A stretch of DNA of 64,000 bases from the human T2T-CHM13v2.0 reference genome, Homo sapiens (GCF_009914755.1 NC_060941.1); one strand, 5' to 3'; positions 1-39,306 are shown, counted from the first letter of the stretch. The notes: generated by a model from the letters alone, not told the origin. A program made the numbers and translations.

Positions 1-1494
1 GAGATAAAGTCTATGAAGGATGTCAGGCCTCTCGTTTCCTCACCCTCATCCCTGAAGCTGGGGGTCAGAGCTGGAGGCTCTCTGACTCATTGTAAGAACA
101 CAGCAGGGTAGCTGGGCAGGGAGGAAAAGGGAGAAGCTGTCTTTCCCCTTTTACAGGGGCCTGGTGCCACACGCTCCGCTCATTCTCCCCTGGGGTAAGA
201 CTCCTGAAATGTCACCCATGTTATCTGGCAGCCTGGATCCCCAGAGTAACTAGTTTGGGAAATTCCAAACCAGTCCCAGGTGAATGAGAATCAGCTTAAC
301 CTGCCACTCTGATGTTCTCCAATAAAACCAATGTTCTCAAGTCATCCTGGTCTCCTCCCAGGGTGTGTGGGAGGAGAGAACTTACAGAAGTTACTCTGAA
401 CCTACCAAAGCCTCTCCAACGTCCAAGCAGCCCCCTCTGACCGCTAGGTTTTACCCTAACACTCTGCTTGCCTCAGGCATATTGAGAAAAGGACAAAGAC
501 TCAGGATTCTGGGTTCTTATTCCAGCTCCAGGCAAGTCCCTCCCAGCTCTGGGCCTCAGTTTCACATTTGCGAAATGAAATCCTTGAAGTCAATTACTTT
601 GTGTTGGTTTTCCTCCTCCGCCTGCATGGCTAGAACTGACCACAGGAGATAGTGAACCAAGGGGAGTCAGAAGCCTTGGTTTTGTCCTGGGACAGTGCCT
701 GGGGACCTGGCCCTAACCAGTCCTGGTGAGGACACCTGGCTCCCTCCCTGCACCTTGTCTGTCTGTGTGTGCCAGGTGGCCCTGCCCCACCCCAGGGCTG
801 GCTGCAAGTCAGGGCGACCTTGTACCCGGCTGACTGGCTGAGCCAGGCCCAGACGGGGGTGTGGAGGGGAAAGGGGTGGTGAGAGGAGCCGCTCCCCTTC
901 ACCATTCCATCATTAACCCTTCTGTCTCTGGGCCCCTAAAGGACACAGGATTTCTATTTAAAGGTTCTGGGATCAAAGTGATGGCAGTCTCTCCATCTCC
1001 CTTTTAATCAGGCTGGTTCCCACCTGCCTAGTTAGAACTCAAAGCTGTTAGGTGGGAAATGGGGAGGGGAAGAGGGATACACACACATGCACACACACAG
1101 TCCCCACTGATGCTAACCTCTGTGTTTGGAAATACTCTTTGTCTGGAGACACTTCTGTGGGCTACTTCTTTTTTCAGGCAGAACTCAACCTTGGTGTGTT
1201 ATCTGACCAACTTCCCACATACGCTGAAGAGAAGTGCACATGGCCATCAAAGGCACGCGCCCCCCCCTTCCCTTCAGCTGCCTTGGCAGCTGCCGAACCC
1301 ACCCTCGCAGTGGCTGCCCAGAACCTTTACACATGTATGTGTGCGCGTGTGCAGAGCATGACAAGGCAGGTGGCTGGGGCTCCAGCCTGGCTAAAGAGAA
1401 CTTGCCCTTAGGGGCAAGAGAGGGAGGCACTGCATTTCCAGTTTCGTTCTGGAAGTGCCCACCTGACATCTGTGGTGCCCACTGATCTTTACAG

Positions 1495-13664
<12,170 letters not shown>

Positions 13665-14106
13665 GAGTGGAGGCTCCAGTCAGACCCGCCAGATCCTTGG
13701 GCACCTGGCACTCAAGCACTTTGCACGATGTCTCAACCAACATCTGACATCTTTCCCGTGGAGCAACTTCCTGCTCCACGGGAAAGAGGTCGATGGATTT
13801 ACCCCTGGACCCATAAGTCTGTTCATCCTGCTGAAGTCCCCTCCCCATTGCTCCTTCAAGCCAAAACTACACTTTGCTGGTTCCTGTCCCCTCTGAGAAA
13901 GGGGATAGAAAGCTCCTTCCTCTATGTCCTCCCATCGAGATCTGTTCTGGGGATGGAGCTTCCAACTTCCTCTTGCAGCAGGAAAGAATGCTGCTCACCC
14001 TTCTGTCTTGCAGAGTGGGATTGTGGGAGGGATTGGCAGCCTTCTTCTCCACCACCTGTCCAGCTTCTTCCTGGTCAGGGCTGGGACCCCCAGGAATATT
14101 ATGTTG

Positions 14107-14108
<2 letters not shown>

Positions 14109-14160
<52 letters not shown>
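14109..14160 (+). repeat. (GT)26 microsatellite in the 3'UTR
   Basis: Perfect dinucleotide run. Confidence 0.98.
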
Positions 14161-14161
<1 letters not shown>

Positions 14162-15501
14162 TTCTTTTAGGGAGCAGGAGTGCATCTGGTAATTGAGGGT
14201 AGATGTTGTGTGTGCTGGGGAGGGGTCCTTCTGTTTGGTGCTACCCTTGTCTACTCTGCCCCTGGATGGTGCGGGGTGCTTTCTCCACCCCCACACTCCC
14301 TGCTCAGCTCCTCGTGCTGCCCTGCATGCCCAGGCTTGTGAGCCAAGCTGCTTTTTGGGGCAGGGAGTAGCAGCAGGTGGGAGGGGTTACCCATCAGCCC
14401 TTGCAAGTCCCCCACTCAGGCCTCTGGAAGGTCCAGGGATGGGCTCTGATGAGAGGGTAAAAGATGCTCAGGGAAACACAGGCCTCAGCTGCCTAGAGGA
14501 CCCTCCCCCTGCCTTGCAGTGGGCTCGGGTAGAGCAGTATCAGGAGCTAGGGTTGTCTGCTGCCCACACTCCTGCTTTTTGGGATATCTAACTGCTAAGG
14601 AGGGAGTTGACATCCCCCTTCTGGCTCATGTGTCTGACACCAACAACATGGTCTCTGTCCCTCTCTCTTTGACTCTCCCTTTGTCCTCCCCATAGAGCTG
14701 GGGTGGGGTGGATCCCTATACCTGGGGCAGGCAGCCCCAAAGTGGGGGAGGGGGATGGCAGAGACTGTAAAGGCGCCACTGGACTCTGGCAAGGCCTTTA
14801 TTACCTTTACTCCCCTCCCTCTCCCATCACCAGCCTCAAGGCCTGAGGGGTGCAGGGGCTCCTGGCAGCTACTGGGTGAGGTTTCCTGGCACAGACTCAC
14901 CCTTCTTTCTGGCACCACCTCTTTCCCTTTTGAAGAGACAGCAACAGCCGTAGCAAAAGCAGCTGCTGCTCCTGCTATGAGGGTGTATATATTTTTTACC
15001 CAAAGCTCTGGAATTGTACATTTATTTTTTAAAACTCAAAGAGGGAAAGAGCCTTGTATCATATGTGAACATTGTATCATAGGTAATGTTGTACAGACCC
15101 TTTTATACAGTGATCTGTCTTGTTCCTGCAGCAAAAATCCTCTATGGACATAGGAGGTGCTGTGTCCCATGCCCTCTTGCCCTGACAGTGTCCCATGGGC
15201 CCCCTTCTGCTCCCTGCCCCCTCCCTGCTACTGCTGATGCACTGTCCTCTCCCTGCAGCCCCTGGCTTCCCAGCCTTCCTCCTGACCCCTTCCAACAGCC
15301 TTGGAACTCCAGCTGCCACCACCCTCTGGGTCGGACACTGGGACCCACTGGCCCAGTCTTGGCTGCTGCTTACCCCTAGCCTTGATGCCTGCCCAGGGAC
15401 CCCCAGCCCCCTCCCGTTGCCCTGCAGCTTTAACAGAGTGAACCATGTGTATTGTACAGGCGCGGTTGTCATTGCAGAAACCGCTGGGTGGAGAAGAAGC
15501 C

Positions 15502-15507
15502 GATAAA
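15502..15507 (+). terminator. Variant polyadenylation signal GATAAA
   Basis: No AATAAA seen in the UTR. This hexamer has TGTA elements upstream (15448-15457) and a U/GU-rich tract downstream (15526-15552). Confidence 0.6.
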
Positions 15508-16106
15508 GTCTATGAATCAACCTGCCTGTTGTTCTCCATTCTGTTTTCTTTGAGGCTGTGGAAGTGCTGAGGGAGGGGAGAGGGGATGGCCGCCCAGTGC
15601 TGTCAGGAGCAGGGCTGTTCTGGAGTGACTTTGAAAATGTGGGTGGCGGGGTACAGTGGCTCATGCTTGTAATCCCAGCACTTTGGGAGGCCGAGGCGGG
15701 CAGATCACCTGAGGGCGGGAGTTCGAGACCAGCCTGGCCAACATGGTGAAACCCTGTCTCTACTAAAAATACAAAAATTAGCCAGGTGTGGTGGTGCATG
15801 CCTGTAATCCCAGCTACTTGGGAGGCTGAGTCAGGAGAGTAGCTTGAACTCAGGAGGCGGAGGTTGCAAGGCGCAGTGGCTCTCCAGCCTGGGCAACAGA
15901 GCAAGACTCTGCCAAAAAAGAAAATGTGGATGAGAGGAAAAGATGCCAACCTCACAAGACATGTCACATAATGCCTGGAACTCAGAAGAGGGGATGGGAT
16001 GTTTTAGTTCATACATGTTCCAGGTGGCATAAATATGAGATCACATTTAATTCTAATGCTAAGGTAGAAGATTGAGGCACAGCAGTCCCAGAATAATTAC
16101 TAGTGA

Positions 16107-16440
<334 letters not shown>

Positions 16441-16563
16441 TGATCTGCCCACCTCGGCCTCCCAAAGTGCTGGGATTACAGGCTTGAGCCACTGCGCCTG
16501 GCCCAATCCTACTAAGATTATAGGGTGCAGAGAGCCTAGCGTTAGGCTTAAATGATAGCCTGA

Positions 16564-16782
<219 letters not shown>

Positions 16783-16785
16783 TGA

Positions 16786-17070
<285 letters not shown>

Positions 17071-17238
17071 TGATCCACTTCTGTATGACTCCCCTATGAC
17101 CATACTAGTCCAAACCACCTTCATAGCTTCCCTGCATGACTACTGCAGCCTCCTACCTGGTCTGTCAGCTTCCTCTCTTTGATCCACCCCTACCTGCCAC
17201 CAGTTTGATTTCCACATGGCAGCCAGGGTGTTCTTTCA

Positions 17239-17421
<183 letters not shown>

Positions 17422-17474
17422 CTATAGCCTGAGCAACAGAGTGAGACCCTGTTTCAAAAAAAAAAAAAAAAGAA

Positions 17475-17560
17475 AGGAGAGCAAGGGAAGGAGGGAGGGA
17501 GGGACAGAGGGAGGGAGAGAGGGAGGGAGGAAGGAAAGAAGGAAGGAAGGAAGGAAGGAA
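17475..17560 (+). repeat. Purine-rich (GGGA)n/(GGAA)n tract at an Alu tail
   Basis: Direct observation. Confidence 0.9.
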
Positions 17561-17771
17561 AAAAACCCAGTGTCTTTCAACACATGAATGGACAAATGCA
17601 TTGGGGCATATTCTTATGGTGGAATACTATATAGCAAGAAAAAAGAACAAATTATTAATACCCACGTGAATGAATCTCACAGACTTAATGTTGAATAAAG
17701 GAAGCCAGACACAGGCTGGGTATGTTGGCTCACACCTCTAATCCCAGCACTTTGGGGGCCTGAAGTAGGAG

Positions 17772-18633
17772 TGAGAGGTGAAGCTGGCTGGGCTTCTGGG
17801 TCAGGTGGGGACTTGGAGAAGTTTTCTGTCTAGCTAAAGGATTGTAAATGCACCAATCAGTGCTCTGTGTCTAGCTAATCAGGTAGGGGACTTGGAGAAC
17901 TTTTCTGTCTAGCTAAAGGATTGTAAAAGCACCAATCAGCGCTGTGTGTCTAGCTAAAGGTTTGTAAATGCACCAATCAGTGCTCTGTGTCTAGCTAAAG
18001 GTTTGTAAATGCAGCAATCAGTGCTCTGTGTCTAGCTAAAGGTTTGTAAATGCACCAATCAGCACTCTGTAAAAACGAACCAATCAGCACTCTGTAAAAC
18101 GGACTAATCAGCATTCTGTAAAATGGACCAATCAGCGCTCTGTAAAATGGACCAATCAGCAGGATGTGGGTGGGGCCAGGCCACCCGAGCCAGTAGCGGC
18201 AACCCACTGGGGTCCCCTTCCACGCTGTGGGAGCTTTGTTCTTTTGCTCTTTGCAATAAATCTTGCTGCTGCTCACTCTTTTGGTCCGCACTATATGAGC
18301 TGTAGCACTTACCACAAAGGTCTGCAGCTTCACTCTTGAAGCCAGCGAGACTACGAACCCACTGGGAGGAACAAACAACTCCAGAAGCGCCACCTTTAAG
18401 AGCTGTAACACTCACTGCTGAAGGTCTGTGGCTTCATTCCTGAAGTCAGGGAGAGGACGAACCCACCAGAAGGAAGAAACTGGACACATCTGAACACCTG
18501 AAGGAACAAACTCCGGACACACCATCTTTAAGAGCTAACACTCACCGTGAGTGTCTGTGGCATCATTCTTGAAGCTTCATTCTTGAAGTCAGCAAGACTA
18601 AGAACCCACTGGAAGGAACCAGTTCTGGACACA
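17772..18633 (+). mobile_element. ERV9 solo LTR (LTR12 family), 862 bp, inserted in an old Alu
   Basis: TGAGAGGTGAAG...GGACACA termini; 4-bp TSD GGAG (17768-17771 and 18634-18637); tandem CTAGCTAAAGG..CACCAATCAG units; AATAAA at 18255. Confidence 0.95.
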
Positions 18634-21873
<3,240 letters not shown>

Positions 21874-22207
21874 CCAAGATTGTTTTCTCAACCTGCCTGG
21901 GGATGAGGGAGGAGGCTACATAACCCAGAGGAGGATAGTGCCTTTCTTGGGGTAATCTTGAATCCTTCTGAGAGGGTCTATCCCCAGATATAAGTCATAT
22001 TTGACCGGAAGAACTTGTTTCTTCAGTCTCTCCCTATGAGCTCTTTCATCTTTAGCGTTTAAACCCTTTTAAGTCTCCATTTTTAAAAACACTTTCCTTC
22101 TGTAGTCCTAGTGGGAGGATCGCTTAAGCCTAGAAGTTTGAGGCTGCAGTGAGCTATGATCACACCACTGCACGCCAGCCTGGGAAACAGACCAAGAACA
22201 TGTCTCA

Positions 22208-22518
<311 letters not shown>

Positions 22519-23048
22519 CTAATATTTGGGGCAAAAAAGAAAAAACATTATGTTTAAATGTGTTGTGTAATATTTCAATCATACAAAAAGTTTAAAGACT
22601 AATATAATGAGCACTTGAGTCTCCACCTCCCAGCTTAGGAAATGAAAACTTGGCCGGGTGCCGTGGCTCACTTCTGTAATCCCAGCACTTTGGGAGGCCG
22701 AGGTGGGCAGATCATGAGGTCAGGAGATCGAGACCATCCTGGCTAATACGGTGAAACCCCGTCTCTACTAAAAACACAAAAAAATTAGCCAGGTGTGTAG
22801 TCCCAGCTACTCGGGAGGCTGAGGCAGGAGAATCACTTGAACCTGGGAGGCGGAGGTTGCAGCGAGCTAAGCTCGTGCTACTGTACTCCAGCCTGGGCAA
22901 CAGAGAGAGACTCCGTCTGAAAAAAAAAAAAAGAAAAGAAAAAAAGAAAAAGAAATGAAACCCTACCCTCCAGCTGAACCTGGTACCTGTCCCCAGTTGC
23001 ATCCTCTTTCTTTCTTTCCAGAGACAACCACCCTCATAAGTATGGTAT

Positions 23049-24553
<1,505 letters not shown>

Positions 24554-24644
24554 GTATAACATTCCTGTAAACTTGTACTACATTTGTATACATCTCCAAA
24601 CAGTGTGTTGCAATTTTGAGGATAACAGTTTTATTGAGATGTAG

Positions 24645-25014
<370 letters not shown>

Positions 25015-25177
25015 TGAGCCACCGCACCTGGCTAATTTTAGATCATTTTCATTACCCCCCAAAAGAAACCCCCTGTACAAGACTGTTCATAGCAACATTA
25101 TTTGTAGTAGCCCAAAGTAGATAAACTAAAATGTGGTATATTCATAAGATGGAATACTATTCCATCATAAAAAAGAA

Positions 25178-26828
<1,651 letters not shown>

Positions 26829-27284
26829 AGGAATGAAGTACTGATATATACTACAACATGGATGAACCTTGAAAAAACTGTGCTAAAAAACCAGACACAA
26901 AAGGCCTCATATTGTATGATTCCATTTATATGAAATGTCCAGCATAGACAAATCCATAGAGACAGAAAGTAGATAGTTTCTGGTTGCCATGGGCTGGGGT
27001 GAGAGCAGAATGGGGAGAGGCTACTAATGGGTATGGAGTTTCTTTTTGGGTGATGAAAATGTTTTGGAATTAGATAGTGGTGATGGCTGTACAACATTGT
27101 AAATATACTATATACTCACTTGGATGCTTTAAAGTGGTTACAATGGTGAGTTTTATGTTATGTGAATTTTATTTGCTTGGCTTCTAGACTCATCACACCA
27201 GTCTCTGCCTCCATCATTACAAGGCATTCTCCTCTGTGTGTCTCTCTGTGTCCTCTCTTCTTCTTTCTTTCTTTTTTTTTTTGA

Positions 27285-27389
<105 letters not shown>

Positions 27390-28345
27390 TGAATAGCTGG
27401 GATTACAGAGGCCCGCCACGACGCCCGGCTAATTTTTTGTATTTTTAGTAGAGATGGGGTTTCACTGTGGTCTCGATCTCCTGACCTCGTGATCCGCCCG
27501 CCTCGGCCTCCCAAACTGCTGGGACTACAGGCGTGAGCCACTGCGCCCAGCCTCTCTTTTCTTTTCTTTCTTTTTTTTTTTTTTTTGAGACAGAGTCTTC
27601 CTGTGTCACCCAGGCTGGAGTGCGGTGTCACGATCTCAGCTCACTGCAGCCTCTGCATCCTGGACTCAAGTGATCCTCCCACCTCAACTTACTGAGTAGC
27701 TGGGACCACAGGCGCGCACCACCAAGCACAGCTAATTTTTCTGGATTTTTAGTAGAGACGGGGTTTTTATCGTGTTGCCCAGGCTCGTCTCAAACTCTTG
27801 GCCTCAAGCTATCTGCCTGCCTCGGTCGGCCACACAAAGTGCTGGAATTACAGGTGTGAGCCACCACGCTTGGCCAATTGAATGTTTTTAGATTTTATAT
27901 AAATATTATCATACTGGATGTGGTGTTCAGCAACTCCCCATCCACAACACTCTGCCTGTGAGGCTCATCCAGGTCAGCATATATTACTGGTTTGTTTGGT
28001 TTTGCTGTTCTGTGTTTCTCTTTGATTCTCAACCCAGTGCATCTGGCTTTCTCTGTCATCACTCACATAATCTGCCTGGGTCAAGAGCACCGATGACTCC
28101 CATGTTACCAAATCCAAGAACACTTATTTTCCTATTGCTGGCATTTGATATTTCTGACCATTCTTCCTTCTGGAACACTTATCGCTGCTTCCAGGATGCT
28201 ACGTTCTCAGGATTTCCCTGTCTTCTCTTTCTCAGTCTTCCTCACTGGCCTCTCCCTCAGCCTGGTCCTTGTATGTGGAGTGCCCCAGCTCCCTCTTGAG
28301 CCCTTTTTTTTTCCTTCCATAATCCTGGGCTTAGATTTCATCGTC

Positions 28346-29488
<1,143 letters not shown>

Positions 29489-30966
29489 GTTTATGAGTCC
29501 CAAATTCCTAGGATTACTCTCCTCAGTTTCAGACCCAAATATCCAGTGATCTAAGGAATCTCTCTTCTTGGTCATTCCACTGTGCTATTCGGGCTCCTCC
29601 AGTGCCCCAGCCCCTCCTCTTGCTCTGCAACTGTTTCCAGCTAAGTGTTAACATCACCTCCAAGCAGGAGTTCAAGTCAGAAATTTAGCAATCATATTTG
29701 GGTCCTCCCACTCTTTGGTCCCGCATTCCTTTTCTTAAATATCTCTAGACTTACCCCTCTCCATCTCTGCTGCTGATACTCTAATCACAAACATGGCTAA
29801 GATTGGTGAGTGGTTTCCATGTGTGTAAACACTTGGGATGCATTCCATTTGGGCTTATCTGCTCATTTTGCAGATGAGGAACCTGAGACTGGTAGAGGTT
29901 GGATAATTTGCCCAAAGTCTCACCTTATTCAAGAGTGGGGAGAACTAAGAGGCCTTAGGTTCTGCAGACAGACAGGCAGCCCTGACTTCAGAGGCTTTGT
30001 GCCAAGCCAGTGTCCAGCAGCCACTCAGTGTAGACAACTGTCATCTCCCAGTTGGCCTTTCCTAGCAGTCTCCCAACTGGTGTTCCGGCCTCCAACCTGG
30101 CCCCATCTAATCCATCCTCCTTGCTGCAGTCAGAGGTATCTTTCTAGAATACCAAGAGCATCTTGGTCTTCTCTGCTTAAGCCTTTCAATGGTTTCCCTT
30201 GAGATAAAATCTAACTTTTCTCAATACATAATTAAGTCCTTCATAAATTGGCCCCTGTCAGCTTGACAGTATAGCGTGAGGCAGTAGCTCTTCATGGGAG
30301 CATTTTGGAAATGTCGTTGTCCATCTATCACAATGGTAAGAACGTGCTATTGGCATTTGATGGTCAGTGGTCAGGGATACTGGAGTGCTATAATACAAGG
30401 GACACCCAACCAAGAATTATCCTTGGTTTCCACAAAACTCTTTTTTTTTTTTTCCAGAGTCTTGCTCTGTCACCCCAGCTTGAGTGCAGTGACACAATTT
30501 TGGCTCACTGCAAGCTCTGCCTCACAGGTTCAAGCTATTCTCCTGCCTCGGCCTCCCAAGTAGCTGGACTTATAGGTGCTCGCCACCACGTCTGGCTAAT
30601 TTTTTTTTTTTAATATATATATAGTTTCTGAGACAGAGGCTCGCTCTTGTTGTCCAGGCTGGAGTGCAGTGGCACAATCTTGGCTCACCCCAACCTCTGC
30701 CTCCTGGGTTCAAGCCATTCTTATGCCTCAGCCTCCAGAGTAGCTGTGATTACAGGCACCTGCCATCATGCCCGGCTAATTTTTGTATTTTTAGTAGAGA
30801 TGGGGTTTTACCACATTGGCCAGGCTGGTCTGGAACTCCTGGTCACGAGTGAGCCACCCACCTCAGCCTCCCAAAGTGCTGGGATTACAGGCGTGAGTGG
30901 GTCCCATCTTTACGGTGGGGGAATCTCCTATTAAATTCCCCTTTGAAGACTGAGCACGGTGGCTCA

Positions 30967-31314
<348 letters not shown>

Positions 31315-31446
31315 TTAGTCAAGTGCCCTCAGAGTAAAAGCTTGTTTCAGTGTTCCACTGACCTCTCTCTGCATCCCCTGCCTTATTTTATTTTGCCCTG
31401 AAAATTCCTTACTTTTTCAGCAGCTCATCAAAGCATTTAAAATTTA

Positions 31447-31684
<238 letters not shown>

Positions 31685-31715
31685 TGAAGTCAGGAGATTG
31701 AGACCATCCTAGCTA

Positions 31716-32030
<315 letters not shown>

Positions 32031-32313
32031 TTAATATGACCTGTTTTTTTCCAAGAATGCAACTACTATGTAAATTGTTTTGTATTGTTCAGAACTTTAT
32101 CAAAAGTTGTTTACCATTTTGGAAAATCACAACCCTAATGGCAATGCTGTTCTATACAACACCCTTAGGTCAGTCTGCATTTATCTCTACCACACTCTTA
32201 GTGATTCTAGGTATGGGTGCAAGTATCTGACTACTTTATCTTCTAGTGTAATGGTGCCTGGGTATTTGCATATTGAAACGCCATCCTTCTATTTGTCTTT
32301 TTTTTTTTTTTGA

Positions 32314-32418
<105 letters not shown>

Positions 32419-32729
32419 TGAGTAGCTGCGATTAAAGGTGCCCACCATCATGCCTGGCTAATTCTTTATATTTTTAGTAGAGATGAGATTTCCCCATGTT
32501 GGCCAGGCTGGTCTTGAACTCCTAACCTCAGGTAATCCACCCGCCTTGGCCTACCAAAGTGCTGGGATTGCAAGTGTGAGCCACCGTGCCCGGCCTATTT
32601 GTCTTTTTTATAATCAAGACATCATATTGATTTGTTTTTTGAAATCATGTGTCCAGGCAGGTTATATTATCTGTTCATTTCACTTTGGGATATTAGTGTT
32701 GCAAAATATTTGTTATAAGAAAGGAACAT

Positions 32730-36720
<3,991 letters not shown>

Positions 36721-37047
36721 GCGTTCAGTTATTGGAATGTGCCATGATTCTTCTTGCTTTGCCCAAACTCTCCCTACAATGCTTTTCCCTCACTTCTTCC
36801 CTGGTCAATTCCTACCTGTCCCTCAAGTCTCACTTAGAATATGGGTATGGCCTCACTTAGTTACTTTCTTTTTTCTTCCTTTAGACAGGGTTTCACTCTA
36901 TTGCTCGGGCTGGAGTGCAGTGGCCAATCATGGCTCAGCCCAGCCTTGATCTCCTGGGCTTAAGTGATCCTCCCATATCAGCCTCCCAAGTAGCTGGAAC
37001 CACAGGCTCACACCACCGTGTCCAGCTAATTTTTTTTTTTTTTTTGA

Positions 37048-37206
<159 letters not shown>

Positions 37207-39189
37207 TAGTAGAGACGGGGTTTCACCATGTTGGTCAGGTTGGTCTCGAACTCCCCACCTCAGGTGATCTGCCCGCCTTGGCCTCCCAAAGTGCTGGGAT
37301 TACGGGCGTGAGCCACCGTGCCCGGTTATATCCGGGTAATTTTTGTAGTAACAAGATTTCACCATGTTTCCCAGGCTGGTCTTGAACTTCTGGGCTCAAG
37401 CGATCCCCCCTGTCAGCCTCCCAAAGTGCTGGGATTACAGGCATGAGCCACTGCACTTGGGCCATTTACCTTTTTCATGAAGCCTATATCACTATTTCCC
37501 CAAGTCTGGGTGAGATGTCCCTATATTCATCCCAGCGGCTGCCCTTATCACAGAGTGTGTGATAGAGCATGGGGCTTTACATTAGCTACAGTGGGCAGTG
37601 AATGCCCTCTGAGGACGAAGCATTTGCAGTAAGGCTTGAAAAATGAGGAAGAGGCGGAGGATAGCCAGTACACAGTCCCTGAGGTGGGAACTGCTGAATG
37701 GGGTACATTGCAGTGATAGAAATCAGGTCCTCATAATGTAGAGTGAGTGAGGAGGGGACAGGCAGGGGATGAGGTTGAAGAGTTGGGAGGCTCTGGTAAG
37801 GTGTTTGGACCCACCATCTCCCTGGCTCCATCGCCCCACGTATGGCCATGCAGGATGTAGACAGCTGAAAATCTTTACCTCGTGTCCTTGATCCCTATGC
37901 CTGCTGTGTTCCCTGCCTTCTCTGATTAATAATAAAATTCCATTCATCCTTCAAGGCCCAGCTCCAAACCATTTAGGAAACCTCCTTCCATTCTTTAGCA
38001 GGAATTAATTGCTCCCTTGTCTGACGTCCCACAGCACTAATCACACGCTGACTTGTATCTCAGCTAGCTGTTTATGCCAGTCTGCCCACCAACGTAGTGA
38101 GTTCCCTGAGGGCAGAGGCTCTGTCTTAGTCACCTCTGTAGCCATCTCCTGGTGTTTAGCAGGTACTCAATGTGACATTTACTTGACTAGTGGGTGGTGC
38201 CTAGTACTACTCATGGCAGAATAGAAGGAAAACAAAAATAATAACAACTTATGCTCTATCACGTTTTCCCATTCATTAACTGATTTCAGCTTTGCAACAA
38301 CTCTATGAGACAGACGGGACAGGCACTATTAGACCCATTTTACAGATAGGGTAGCTAAGGCCCAATGGCACACAGCTTGTAAGTAATGGGGACTAAGTCC
38401 CAATCTTGCCCCCTTACTTCGGATTCTGTGCTGGGAATGGAATTAAACCAAGAGTATTTTGAAGCTATAATGGAAAGCGCTTTTCTGGGTGGACTAGGGA
38501 GAGATACTTAGTCAGCTGTCAGGGTTTAACAGCAGCTCCATCAAAGAGGGCACAGGATTTCTCTCTCTGGCCCAAGCAGCTGGAGGGGTCCACAGCACCA
38601 TCCTATAGCCCTGGAAGCTGGAGGAAACCCCAGCCCGAGAAAGAAGAGACGGTGTTCGAGTCAGGTGGGTAAGATGACGTAAATGATGACTTGTGAGCAG
38701 TGGCCTGCCTCTGTTGCCATGACAACCGGAGCTTGACTACTTGGCCTTTGCAAGGTTGGCCGAGGCGGGTTCTTCGTTAACTCGAGATTAAGGAAGGATA
38801 TTTAGGGGGGAGGGTGTGTGTGTGTGCGGCGGATTAAAGACGAAAGGAGTATATTCAACAATGACTGTTTAGCTCAGTGGTTCTCCACCTTGGCAACACG
38901 TTAGAATCACCTGCAACAATTTCCTGATGCCTAGGCTGCACCCCAGAATTAAATTATAATTTCCAGGGGTGGGAACCAGGCATCATAGTATTTAAATCTT
39001 GCCAGGTGATTCCAATTGCAGCTAAAGTTGCAAACCCAGCTTTCAGCTGGTAAGCGGAATTCCTGTGACCTTCCTAAGATGGCGTCCACTCAACCGCTTC
39101 CGCCTTTACGTGGGCCGGCAGGGGGCGGGCTTCCCAGGGGCGCATGCGTCTCGCATCTCTCCGCTCCCTGCTCTCTCCTCCTTTTTCCC

Positions 39190-39259
39190 CCGCCTCCATT
39201 TTGTTCGCGGACGCTGGGGACGGTGGGAGCAGATCCATTTCCGGGTTGGCAAAAGGGGC

Positions 39260-39306
<47 letters not shown>

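Larger units (their letters stand above)
13665..15525 (+). other. RAPGEFL1: RAPGEFL1 3'UTR (end approximate)
   Basis: Stretch free of interspersed repeats after the stop. It has an AU/UGUA-rich block at 14980-15140 and ends near GATAAA, before Alus resume at ~15646. Confidence 0.75.

Noticed and set aside
3-17. Exact 15-mer GATAAAGTCTATGAA also found at 15502-15516 (the poly(A) signal)
   Set aside because: About one such match is expected by chance in 64 kb, and the flanks do not align.
15077-15967. 296-aa minus-strand ORF, plus the many ORFs with [13 protein letters not shown] or [12 protein letters not shown] motifs
   Set aside because: These are translations of Alu sequence or of GC-rich antisense UTR, with no splice or domain support.
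17820-18160. Regularly spaced repeats superficially like a CRISPR array
   Set aside because: These are tandem U3 enhancer units of LTR12 with no unique spacers, in a eukaryotic context.
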